IMG/VR virus record: IMGVR_UViG_3300046008_000291
Span: 64,001 to 128,000 of that record
DNA length: 64,000 nucleotides
Direction: 5' to 3' (one strand)
Source of the DNA: a virus
Positions 29,433 to 37,559 of the stretch are shown here, piece after piece (the first letter of the stretch is position 1; every line of letters starts with the position of its first letter). Made by a program: the position numbers and the translations under genes. Below the pieces are notes generated by a model. It saw nothing but the letters and a program-made list of their open reading frames with translations. It did not search any database and had not been told where the DNA came from.

Positions 29433-29440
29433 TATTTATA
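29433..29440 (-). promoter_or_regulatory. Late promoter TATAAATA for the tape-measure-like gene
   Basis: Perfect consensus on the - strand. Confidence 0.8.
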
Positions 29441-29451
29441 GGAATTAAACC

Positions 29452-30306
29452 ATGGCTCAAATCAATAACGCAAATCCGTTGGCTAAACACTTTCGCCAAC
29501 CTGCGCTGTATATCAAGTTAACCAGTGAAGGTCGGTTTTGGAAAGAAGGCTCATTGGAACTACCTGTAACAGGCGAACTTCCTGTATATCCAATGACCAC
29601 TAGAGATGAAATTACACTACGCACACCAGATGCACTGATCAGTGGTACTAGTGTAGTCGATGTTATACAAAGTTGCTGTCCAAGTATTAAAAACGCTTGG
29701 GATATGCCTAGCGTTGATGTAGACACTACATTAATTGCTATCCGTATTGCTAGTTACGGTCCTACAATGGCTATCGGATCAACTTGCCCTGAGTGTGGAA
29801 CAGAACACGATTATGATGTAGACTTAACTGCTACCTTAGGTTCCGTATCGATGCCAGATTATTCAAAAACTGTTGAACTACCCGATGGATTATCTGTTAG
29901 CCTTAAACCATTGACCTATGCTCAAATTAGCAAATCCGGTAACACTGTGTTTGAAGAAGAAAAGTTAATTCAAACACTGGCAGATCCAGATCTTGATGCC
30001 GAAGTTAGAAAAGTTAGATACACCGAACATATTAGTAAGATGGTTGAATTAAACATTGAAACTATAACTAATTGCACAGCAGCTATTACCACAGAAGACG
30101 GTGATATTGTAACAGACACAAAATTTATTAGAGAGTACTACACAAATTCTGAATCAACTGTGTTGCGTACAATACAACAGACAATTGAAGAATTAGCTAA
30201 GGCAATTAGTATTAAACCAGTTGATGTAGTATGTACTGAATGTTCAAAAGAATTTAAATTAGCCATTGATTTCGACTACGCAAGTTTTTTCGCTCGCGGC
30301 TTTTGA
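29452..30306 (+). CDS. gp26: Baseplate hub assembly protein
   Basis: FRQP.LYIKL.S.G, VYPMTTRDEITLRTPDAL, DMPSVDVD..LIAIRIASYG, two CxxC pairs (CPEC, CTEC), ends FF. Confidence 0.85.
   Translation: MAQINNANPLAKHFRQPALYIKLTSEGRFWKEGSLELPVTGELPVYPMTTRDEITLRTPDALISGTSVVDVIQSCCPSIKNAWDMPSVDVDTTLIAIRIASYGPTMAIGSTCPECGTEHDYDVDLTATLGSVSMPDYSKTVELPDGLSVSLKPLTYAQISKSGNTVFEEEKLIQTLADPDLDAEVRKVRYTEHISKMVELNIETITNCTAAITTEDGDIVTDTKFIREYYTNSESTVLRTIQQTIEELAKAISIKPVDVVCTECSKEFKLAIDFDYASFFARGF
30285..30291 (+). promoter_or_regulatory. Candidate -1 ribosomal frameshift heptamer T TTT TTC
   Basis: X XXY YYZ pattern in phase with gp26 codons (AGT TTT TTC). The -1 frame is open from 30270 and continuous with the gp51-like ORF. 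Confidence 0.6.
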
Positions 30307-30521
30307 CCTTAGATAACGATGCTATCGTAGAATTGCTTGATTCCTACGATAAAGAGTCAAAAGCCTTTAGAGAAGAAGCGTTACGTATGTGTTGGTATAT
30401 GCGTGGTGGTTTAAGTTACGAAGATGCAATGTTTTTAACACAGCAAGAAAGAGATATTATCGGAAAGATTATTAAAGATAATATGGAAACGACCCAAAAA
30501 AGTGGCCTCCCGTTTTTTTAA
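30303..30521 (+). CDS. gp51: Baseplate hub assembly catalyst-like protein
   Basis: ALRMCWYMRGGLSYEDAMFLTQQERDII; only a TTG start overlapping the gp26 TGA, with no clear SD. Confidence 0.7.
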   Translation: MTLDNDAIVELLDSYDKESKAFREEALRMCWYMRGGLSYEDAMFLTQQERDIIGKIIKDNMETTQKSGLPFF

Positions 30522-30525
30522 TATT

Positions 30526-30549
30526 AAAGCACATTTATTGTGCTTTTTT
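30526..30549 (+). terminator. Rho-independent terminator (possibly bidirectional)
   Basis: AAAGCACA-TTTAT-TGTGCTTT followed by TTT. Confidence 0.75.
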
Positions 30550-30550
30550 A

Positions 30551-31167
30551 TTGACTATGATATACGTAAGCTAAGGTCATTATAAGAGCAAAAGACATTT
30601 AAGTACATTTAAGGAATGTCTAAAGACATTCGCATTTCGCTTGCGCTCATGCCTTTTCTTCTAATCTAATTAATCTAATTTACTTTGATATGTACTGTAA
30701 TGCTTTTGACTTTAGAACTGCTTCATCCAGATTATAGTCATACTTCACCCATTACAGGCAAAGTAAAACAGAGCGACTTCATCCGAGTGCTTCATCATAC
30801 TAACTAAAAGAGATTATATTCATTTACACGGAAGCGGTCGCCCTGTACTCCCTACTCTTGCTTCTTGCGACGGTTGATGCATAATCCGTAGTTAGCCAAA
30901 CTATGTCATCATATGGGTTGTATCTTTTTCACAGTGCCCAAATCATTCGGTTTTTACACCTAATTTTTATATTGTTGATTCGCTTTTTATAGCACAATAC
31001 ACGGTCGCCATTCAGTGTGTAGTCTAGTCTACACGTTCCACGTGCGGCCATTACGCGAGCACGATCTCCTCTGAATACAGAACTTAATCTGCAATAGGGC
31101 TTTTAACTACATTTACTGCTGAGTTGGAATTTGTTTCTGTGAGAGTGACTTGGTGTCTAGGAGCTAT
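30551..31167 (-). ncRNA. Candidate large structured non-coding RNA (~620 nt), family unassigned
   Basis: No ORF of 60 aa or more; own sigma70-like promoter; nested long helices (30679-87/30759-67, 9 bp; 30695-702/30750-57, 8 bp); long-range helix 30888-97/31098-110; several hairpins; G-U pairs favour the minus strand. Confidence 0.6.
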
Positions 31168-31173
31168 GTGTTT

Positions 31174-31202
31174 ATTGTAATACGTTTAGTGTTGTTGGTC
31201 AA
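31174..31202 (-). promoter_or_regulatory. Sigma70-type promoter TTGACC-N17-TACAAT firing into the non-coding region
   Basis: -35 at 31197-31202 overlaps the TGA of the GIY-YIG gene; 17-nt spacer; -10 at 31174-31179. Confidence 0.75.
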
Positions 31203-31639
31203 CTGGTTTTATTAATTTTTAAATCTTTTACGGAACCCTTGCCTAATTTAATTTGTATAATACCATTGTAGTTATCTTCTCTCAACAGTACTTCTTCCAT
31301 AAATTGATAATGCGCTTCCATGTAGTTAGTTTCACCACGACTTAGACATAGATGTATAATTTCGCGTTTAAACTGTTCCTTGCCTAAAGCTAGGATATCT
31401 GCTACTAGTCGACTCGAAGAACCCCAATAGTCTTTCCAATCAGTTTCAATTGTTTCTAGACGTTTGTTCTTCTTGCCTTTTAACGGTGGTCTTTTTTTGA
31501 TAGTTTTAAAATACTTACGGCCAACATAATCGTAGCCGTTAGTAAGGTTGGTTATTCTATAAATGAAACCGTAGTATGCACCAATATCCTCAGAGTCAAA
31601 TATTACACCATTGTACGTCCAAGGATATTCGTATGTCAT
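31199..31639 (-). CDS. Compact stand-alone GIY-YIG nuclease-domain protein
   Basis: GFIYRITNLTNGYDYVGRK (GIY-x10-YVG), YWGSS, conserved Glu (MEAHYQ), YNG; 146 aa with no appended DNA-binding domain. Confidence 0.8.
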   Translation of the reverse strand: MTYEYPWTYNGVIFDSEDIGAYYGFIYRITNLTNGYDYVGRKYFKTIKKRPPLKGKKNKRLETIETDWKDYWGSSSRLVADILALGKEQFKREIIHLCLSRGETNYMEAHYQFMEEVLLREDNYNGIIQIKLGKGSVKDLKINKTS

Positions 31640-31646
31640 ACGTTAT

Positions 31647-31832
31647 TTATTTTGCAGCCGCTGCATTTTTCTTCTCTTGGATTTCTGCACGACGAGCTTT
31701 GGCCAATTTAGCCAAGTCACCTAATGCACCACGAGCACGTGCCGCTGCGGCTTTAACACCTTTAACTTCAAATTTTTCTGATTCTGCTACGTATAATTCT
31801 ACTGCTGCTAAAATATCATCATGAATTGCCAT
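31647..31832 (-). CDS. Histone H1-like (Hc1-family) small basic DNA-binding protein; probable start MAIHDD at 31832
   Basis: KGVKAAAARARGAL.DLAKLAKARRAEIQEKKN pattern; AAGGAG RBS before 31832. Confidence 0.7.
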   Translation of the reverse strand: MAIHDDILAAVELYVAESEKFEVKGVKAAAARARGALGDLAKLAKARRAEIQEKKNAAAAK

Positions 31833-31887
31833 GTTTACTTCTCCTTGTTGTTGTGTGTATTTAACCACCCTGTATTGGATGGTAAAA

Positions 31888-33660
31888 TTAAATTACTTCT
31901 ACGTCAGTACTATATGATGTAAACCCATTTTCTTTGGTTACAGTCATAATGTTATTAACTCGCCCCGCAAGTTCATCTTTATGCGAAACAAGCCAAATAC
32001 TTTTCTCATGCTCTCTAGACATTTTTTTAAGTATACCCAATGAACTTTCAACTCCGCTACTGTCCATGCCGCTGTCAATAAGCTCATCAATGAATAATAA
32101 GTTAATAGGATTGTATAAACTTTCCCAGACATCACGGAATGCCCACGATAAACTTAATATCAAGCGATTGCGTTCACCACGTGATAAGTTATCAAAGTCT
32201 AGTTCACGGCCTAACTCTGTAATTTCTACACTTAAATCGTTTAAGAATGTTACTGTATGTGGCAATCCTATACGATCTAAGTATTGACTTAGGCGTGCGT
32301 TTAAATGCGACAAGTTTTGATCAATAATACGTTTACGAATAAAGCTATCTTTGTTAGTTAATAGTTTCAACAAGAAGTCTTGATGTTCTTTTAACTTAAC
32401 TAGCTCGTTCATAGTAGTATAATCAGTTTCTACTAATGCAGTCTGTGTCATCTCTTCGATTTGTTCATCATATGGATCAACTTCTGTAGCCTTAGCGGCC
32501 AACTGTGTTTCTAAACTAGTAATAGAACCCTTGTGATGAAACGCATCTGCTTCTTTATCGTAATATACTCGAGGTTGCGCACCAAGAGGACCAATTTCTG
32601 TTTTAGCACCTATCAGCGCCGTTAATTGTGTTTGATCAGTTTGGTACTGTGTAGTAGCAGTTTCGAGTGATGTACGTTTAGCCGCTAACACTTCTTCGTG
32701 TTTGCTATCGTGAAAATGTTGACCGCAAGCATAACAAGTATGTGCTTCGAGGTCGGCAATTTCTTTAGTAACTTTATCTATAGTCTTTTGTTCACGGGCA
32801 ATATCTGCTTCGCTACGCAAAATGGCCTTGGTCAAATCATCTAAGTCTTTACGCTGTTGGTTGTAAGCAGTAAGCGCAGTGTGTGCCGCTAGCTCTTGTT
32901 CAATATCAATTTTACGTAGTTCTGTAAGGGCATTTTGTAGTTTTACTGTGTCATCTGCATGCTTGGTAGTCCACATAGTTTGCCGGCGTTTTAAGCTGTC
33001 AATTTGCTCTTGAATACGACCATTTGCGTCGGTTATAGCCTTAATATTGAACTCTTCTTGCTGTATTGCATCCTTAGTAGCACGACCCAACTCTTTAAGT
33101 TTTTCTGCCTTTTCACTTAAGACAGTGATACCAAGTAGCTGTTCAATAATTTCACGTTGGTCGTTAGATTTAAGACTAAGGAATGGTTCGGTGTAGGTAT
33201 TAAGCGCAACAATGTGTTTGAACATATTGTGCGACATGCTTAACAAACGTTCAATTTCAGCCTGTGTTTCTCTACTATCGCCTTGACTTTCGTCGGTAAT
33301 TTCTTTTTCTTCATCACCTACATAAAACTTCATTATGTTTGGCTTACGACCACGTTCAATCTTATAGTCTTGCCCGTTATGTTCAAATTCAACAGTAACC
33401 AACATGTTCTTACCGTTAGTTTTGTTAATTAAATTATCACGTTTGATATTGGTTAATGCCTGCCCAAACAGACTGTAGCTTAAGGCATTGATAATAGTTG
33501 TTTTACCAGTGCCATTACGTGCGCCACTATCATCGCCGCCTAAGTCAACGTTAACACCTAATACTAATGTCAGGTCGTTGCGGTCAAAGTCCACAGCTTG
33601 TGTTGCATTACCAACACTCATGAAGTTCTTGACTGTAAGATTTTTTATTTTAAATGTCAT
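31888..33660 (-). CDS. gp46: Recombination endonuclease ATPase subunit (Rad50/SbcC-like)
   Basis: KNFMSVGN, Walker A NGTGKTT, coiled coil with CYAC hook, signature LSRGE, Walker B LLFIDELID, LVSHK. Confidence 0.95.
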   Translation of the reverse strand: MTFKIKNLTVKNFMSVGNATQAVDFDRNDLTLVLGVNVDLGGDDSGARNGTGKTTIINALSYSLFGQALTNIKRDNLINKTNGKNMLVTVEFEHNGQDYKIERGRKPNIMKFYVGDEEKEITDESQGDSRETQAEIERLLSMSHNMFKHIVALNTYTEPFLSLKSNDQREIIEQLLGITVLSEKAEKLKELGRATKDAIQQEEFNIKAITDANGRIQEQIDSLKRRQTMWTTKHADDTVKLQNALTELRKIDIEQELAAHTALTAYNQQRKDLDDLTKAILRSEADIAREQKTIDKVTKEIADLEAHTCYACGQHFHDSKHEEVLAAKRTSLETATTQYQTDQTQLTALIGAKTEIGPLGAQPRVYYDKEADAFHHKGSITSLETQLAAKATEVDPYDEQIEEMTQTALVETDYTTMNELVKLKEHQDFLLKLLTNKDSFIRKRIIDQNLSHLNARLSQYLDRIGLPHTVTFLNDLSVEITELGRELDFDNLSRGERNRLILSLSWAFRDVWESLYNPINLLFIDELIDSGMDSSGVESSLGILKKMSREHEKSIWLVSHKDELAGRVNNIMTVTKENGFTSYSTDVEVI

Positions 33661-33673
33661 AATTTCTCATCAT

Positions 33674-34375
33674 TTATTTTGTCAGGTGCTTTTGTATATT
33701 ATAATACCTTTTAGGATCATAGTCAATGAAATCACAGTTAGGTTTGACTATGGTATCTAACCATTCAAGTTGTACAGCAGAATGCGGCTGTGCCAATCCA
33801 GAGTCAAGGTCTTTGTACGTGCTAATTAATCTAAAGCTACTTAAATCTTGGTCTATCCAAGGTAAATTTTTAACAGCAATGGCCATCGGACCGTCGAAAT
33901 TAAAGTCATATGCTAGAGTAAACACAAAAGGTATATTTTTATTTTTTAATAGAGTTGATGCGGCTAACATATACGATTGACTGCGCTGAGTTGCTTGCCA
34001 TTCTTTAATATATCTATTATGATATTCTTTTATATATTGATTGTTGCTGGAACTAGTAACCCACCAATCTTGATTATTAGATTGCACAATATTAAAATGA
34101 TACACAGGATCGATCTTTGCCTGCTCTTGCCAAAATTCATCAGCTACTAAATCAATTCGTGCGGGTATAGTCCATTGAATAATTGCACAGTCGATATTTT
34201 CAGTTTCAATTGATTCTGCAACCTGCATTAATATCAACTCATTACTAGCACCGATTACAGATTTATTTTTAATCTGTAATGAATCCGACGTCATTAACTG
34301 TAATAACGTTGGCCATTTTTTAAAGTCGTTGTCGACTCCATTGCCGTCACTAATTGCTAATAAGGTTTTTTTCAT
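33674..34375 (-). CDS. SGNH/GDSL-hydrolase-like protein
   Basis: Degenerate blocks AISDG..., NKSVIGASNE, IIQWT..AR.D, QPH near the C-terminus. Confidence 0.5.
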   Translation of the reverse strand: MKKTLLAISDGNGVDNDFKKWPTLLQLMTSDSLQIKNKSVIGASNELILMQVAESIETENIDCAIIQWTIPARIDLVADEFWQEQAKIDPVYHFNIVQSNNQDWWVTSSSNNQYIKEYHNRYIKEWQATQRSQSYMLAASTLLKNKNIPFVFTLAYDFNFDGPMAIAVKNLPWIDQDLSSFRLISTYKDLDSGLAQPHSAVQLEWLDTIVKPNCDFIDYDPKRYYNIQKHLTK

Positions 34376-35243
34376 TTATTTTAATAATTGCTTGTTGTAT
34401 TTGTTCAGTAGACTGAAACCAATTGCGATAGTCATATACTGGAATTTCAATATTATATCGTTTTTCTATACAATAGTTAATATATCCCTGTTCGTGTAGA
34501 TCAACTATATGAGATATATCAATATTTTTGTTATTTTCCAATGCAGATAAAATTAAATTGGCATGAAAGTATACACTAAAATATTTTGAATTAGCTGTAA
34601 ACCAATCGGCTAACACTAATGTTAACCTATCTTCATTGATTAGTTTCATACCCAACTGGTTGATTAATTTTTTTATAGTATTAATTGGCGATATTAACAA
34701 CTGTTCAAAACTCAAATTGATCGTTGATTCAGTTGGCTCCCAACCATATGACCAGTTGTGATACATTAAAGTAAAATCTTCTCGCTGAGCATAATCTTCT
34801 GCGGCATCGGACCAATTGTTTTGTACATGTTCGCTGTGATTGGCATTAAGATCCTGACATACAGCTTTGATTATGCAGGTTTGATATATTATAGGTCTAA
34901 CAGCAGGGTCGATTACTATGCGTACAATCTTAGCATTTGGAAATGTTAAGTTTATTTTATCGTAACAGTCGTTATTGATCCCATTGTCGCACAGGACTAC
35001 TACTTTATTATTCTTTGGGTCAATGTCGCAGTGCAGTTGGTATTCAGTCGGATCCATAAAATACGTATTGGTATACATTACAATACTATGACTGTTTCCG
35101 TCTTGACTAAAAGTTAATTCGTTATTTGATAATTTAACTGTTTGGTCTGCAAATTCACTTAATATATAGTATAGAAAATTTCCAAACCCACCAGAAGGGT
35201 AACTTATACAAATAATGTCGTTACTATCGGTGCAGAACCTCAT
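34350..35243 (-). CDS. Hypothetical protein, possible sulfotransferase-like P-loop fold
   Basis: N-terminal ISYPSGGFGNFL loop after a hydrophobic strand and an LSFEQL motif; weak. Confidence 0.4.
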   Translation of the reverse strand: MRFCTDSNDIICISYPSGGFGNFLYYILSEFADQTVKLSNNELTFSQDGNSHSIVMYTNTYFMDPTEYQLHCDIDPKNNKVVVLCDNGINNDCYDKINLTFPNAKIVRIVIDPAVRPIIYQTCIIKAVCQDLNANHSEHVQNNWSDAAEDYAQREDFTLMYHNWSYGWEPTESTINLSFEQLLISPINTIKKLINQLGMKLINEDRLTLVLADWFTANSKYFSVYFHANLILSALENNKNIDISHIVDLHEQGYINYCIEKRYNIEIPVYDYRNWFQSTEQIQQAIIKINEKNLISN

Positions 35244-36256
35244 AGATTCCTGTAGATGTCTAACAATAAGTTAGGATTATAATGATCACTGTTAATAGCT
35301 GTTAGTTGACTAGTTACAATAGTATCGATACTTTCAAATTGAATATTACCTAACATAATATCTGTGCCAATGTCAGTATGCTTGACTGGGATTAATGTAA
35401 GTTCACGTAGATTATACGTACCTACGAATGTTTCTTTAATAAACGTTGCTTCTTCGTACGAAATATCCACGTCGATGTTTACACGACAGTGCATGCCTTT
35501 TTGTAGTAGTGTTTCTGGTGTTTTTAAAATATTACTTAGGCTATAAACACGATACTTGGGCTGATCCGGCCAAGCATGAAACGTTGGCTCATTGCCCCAC
35601 TCTAATATCATCATGCCACGTTCATCGTCACCTGCATCTGCATAGTTGTGCGGAAACGCATTGCCTACATAGGTAATATTCTTACCTGTTTGACGTTTAT
35701 GAAAATGCCCACTGTATACATGATCAATGTGCCCGAAGTCTTCACGTCTAATCTCACCGTGTTCTGGCATCTGTACCATAGCATTCATGTAATAGCCTGG
35801 TAATTCAAAATGCCCAAACATATACTTGGCATTGATCTTAGGAATCTTTTTATGATCGTCGCCTACTAACCAGGGCACAATACTAACATCGCCCTCTTGA
35901 TAGAAGTCGTTGATAATTTCAATGTTAGGAATATGTCTAGCCCATTCAGCTGACTGTATATCACGCTTGTCACGATAATATAAATCATGATTGCCCGGAA
36001 TGAATATAACACGCTCAAAGGCTCGGCCCAACAACTCAAGTGCTGTTAGGCTGTAGTTTAACGTAATGATATTAATTGCCGCGCGGTTATTGTGCCAATC
36101 ACCTAACATAAAGCAAACATCACAACCTTCTTCTTTAGCTTTGCTAATAAACCACTTAACAAAGTTTAAACAATCATCGTTGTGTGTTTGACTATTTGAC
36201 TTTAAGCCAAAATGTATGTCAGTCAGAATTGCTGCTTTTTTAAATAAATTTGTCAT
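35240..36256 (-). CDS. gp47: Recombination endonuclease nuclease subunit (Mre11/SbcD-like)
   Basis: TDIHFG, LGDWHNNR, IPGNHD, GHFEL, SGHFHKR metallophosphoesterase motifs. Confidence 0.95.
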   Translation of the reverse strand: MTNLFKKAAILTDIHFGLKSNSQTHNDDCLNFVKWFISKAKEEGCDVCFMLGDWHNNRAAINIITLNYSLTALELLGRAFERVIFIPGNHDLYYRDKRDIQSAEWARHIPNIEIINDFYQEGDVSIVPWLVGDDHKKIPKINAKYMFGHFELPGYYMNAMVQMPEHGEIRREDFGHIDHVYSGHFHKRQTGKNITYVGNAFPHNYADAGDDERGMMILEWGNEPTFHAWPDQPKYRVYSLSNILKTPETLLQKGMHCRVNIDVDISYEEATFIKETFVGTYNLRELTLIPVKHTDIGTDIMLGNIQFESIDTIVTSQLTAINSDHYNPNLLLDIYRNL

Positions 36257-36262
36257 ATAATT

Positions 36263-36292
36263 AGTATACGTGAAATAACCTTAAGTTGTCTA
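36263..36292 (-). promoter_or_regulatory. Sigma70-type early/middle promoter TAGACA-N18-TATACT for gp47
   Basis: Hexamers read at 36287-92 and 36263-68; followed by AATTA as in the gp55 promoter. Confidence 0.55.
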
Positions 36293-36308
36293 GTGAAAGT
36301 TAGCCAAA

Positions 36309-37559
36309 TTACCTGTTGGAATGAAAATTATCCTCGCTTAAATCTGTAATAGGATCCCAATAAGGTTGTATTAATTTAAAATATTCCGGAAATGCATCGG
36401 CGAACTTCTGCTCACGATATAAGTCCTGCCGTTTAGTCCATATTACAAATTGTTTCCATAACATAGGATTATGTTCTTGTAAAGTCAAATAACCGAGCAA
36501 CTCTGTATTATTTGTCTGTGCTATTAAAGCAGTCTTGACTGATTCGGGTGCAATGTGTACTGCTAACCAAGCCGGACTGTTAACCATGTTAATATAATAA
36601 GGTCCAATTTTATCTTCAACCCATGCAGTCAATCGATCAATGGATCCTGCATTTAATACACTAACAGTAAGTGAGCCCATGGTATAAATTTCGCAATCCA
36701 TGGTACCTTTAAGTCCCAGTATATGATCAGCAACTAGATTCATTTCGTCCCATTTACCTGGCCATCGCAGATACTCAAATTCTTGTTCAAGCCCGTCGAT
36801 ACTCATAGCAATTTCAATACGTTTGAAATTATTCCAAGCACGTTTTAATCGTTCAGTTGGATGATTGGTACAATTGGTACTATAATACAAAGTAATGTTC
36901 TTGCTTAATCCCTGCTGAACCAGGTACTCTAATAGATCTAACTGCGTGGTATTCAAGAACGGATCACCACCAAAGAAGTCAATTTTTTCTAAATTATGGG
37001 CAATACTATAGTACTGACTAAAATCCATGTGCTTAGGTGGCAGCTTAGGGATGAATTTATTCCATTGTTCAATTTTACCATTGGATCGCTCTTCAGTCTT
37101 ATATTTTTCAAGATAATATAATCCTTCGGGTGTATATGAATTAGTATCCCACCCTCCGCAACTTCTACAGGCTAAATTACATACATTACTACTTTTAAAT
37201 ACTGCTGTTTTAGGCCCTTGTTGCCATTTACCACTACGAATAAAGTCCTCATAATCGTTAGGGAAATATTCAATTTGTCGCTGACGTAGACTTTTCTTAC
37301 CAGAATCTTCTTCGGCCCAACAACGGTGACAGGCACTTGGACGATCACCGTTGATAAATTCTGCCCTAAGTTGATTTAGTTCTGCACTGTCCCATCGTTG
37401 TTCTGGAGTTAGGTCACCGTGATGCCATTCGCCAGCACCAAACGCACACGGGCTATTACGCCCGTATGGGTTCTGCCTAATACTTTGAAAGGGTGCAATA
37501 CAAAAATTTGCCGGAGGCGTTTCTGGTATTAGTTGATGCAACTCAATGATTTTACTCAT
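36309..37559 (-). CDS. Radical SAM protein with N-terminal SPASM/twitch-like Cys cluster (probable start MSKIIE at 37559)
   Basis: CNLACRSC (CxxxCxxC), FFGGDPF, YSTNCT, MSIDG...EYLRWPGKW; N-terminal FCIAPF...PC...CHRCW..E. Confidence 0.88.
   Translation of the reverse strand: MSKIIELHQLIPETPPANFCIAPFQSIRQNPYGRNSPCAFGAGEWHHGDLTPEQRWDSAELNQLRAEFINGDRPSACHRCWAEEDSGKKSLRQRQIEYFPNDYEDFIRSGKWQQGPKTAVFKSSNVCNLACRSCGGWDTNSYTPEGLYYLEKYKTEERSNGKIEQWNKFIPKLPPKHMDFSQYYSIAHNLEKIDFFGGDPFLNTTQLDLLEYLVQQGLSKNITLYYSTNCTNHPTERLKRAWNNFKRIEIAMSIDGLEQEFEYLRWPGKWDEMNLVADHILGLKGTMDCEIYTMGSLTVSVLNAGSIDRLTAWVEDKIGPYYINMVNSPAWLAVHIAPESVKTALIAQTNNTELLGYLTLQEHNPMLWKQFVIWTKRQDLYREQKFADAFPEYFKLIQPYWDPITDLSEDNFHSNR

Noticed and set aside
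30831-30871. H-type pseudoknot from GUCGC/GCGAC and GAAGC/GCUUC
   Set aside because: A 1-nt third loop is sterically implausible; treated as alternative pairings only.
30729-31034. Group I intron-like words (GACUAGACUAC; AGAUUAUAGUC)
   Set aside because: The R-like and S-like words lie on inconsistent strands or in the wrong order, and no interrupted gene flanks the region. A covariance-model search would settle it.
30937-31059. ~40-codon minus-strand ORF (MAARGTCR...) within the non-coding region
   Set aside because: Short, the nearest GAGGAG is too far from the ATG, and it overlaps the predicted stems.
30526-31200. CRISPR array, tRNA, tmRNA or RNase P RNA
   Set aside because: No regularly spaced repeats, no cloverleaf or CCA end, and no RNase P GAGGAAAGUCC-type signature seen.
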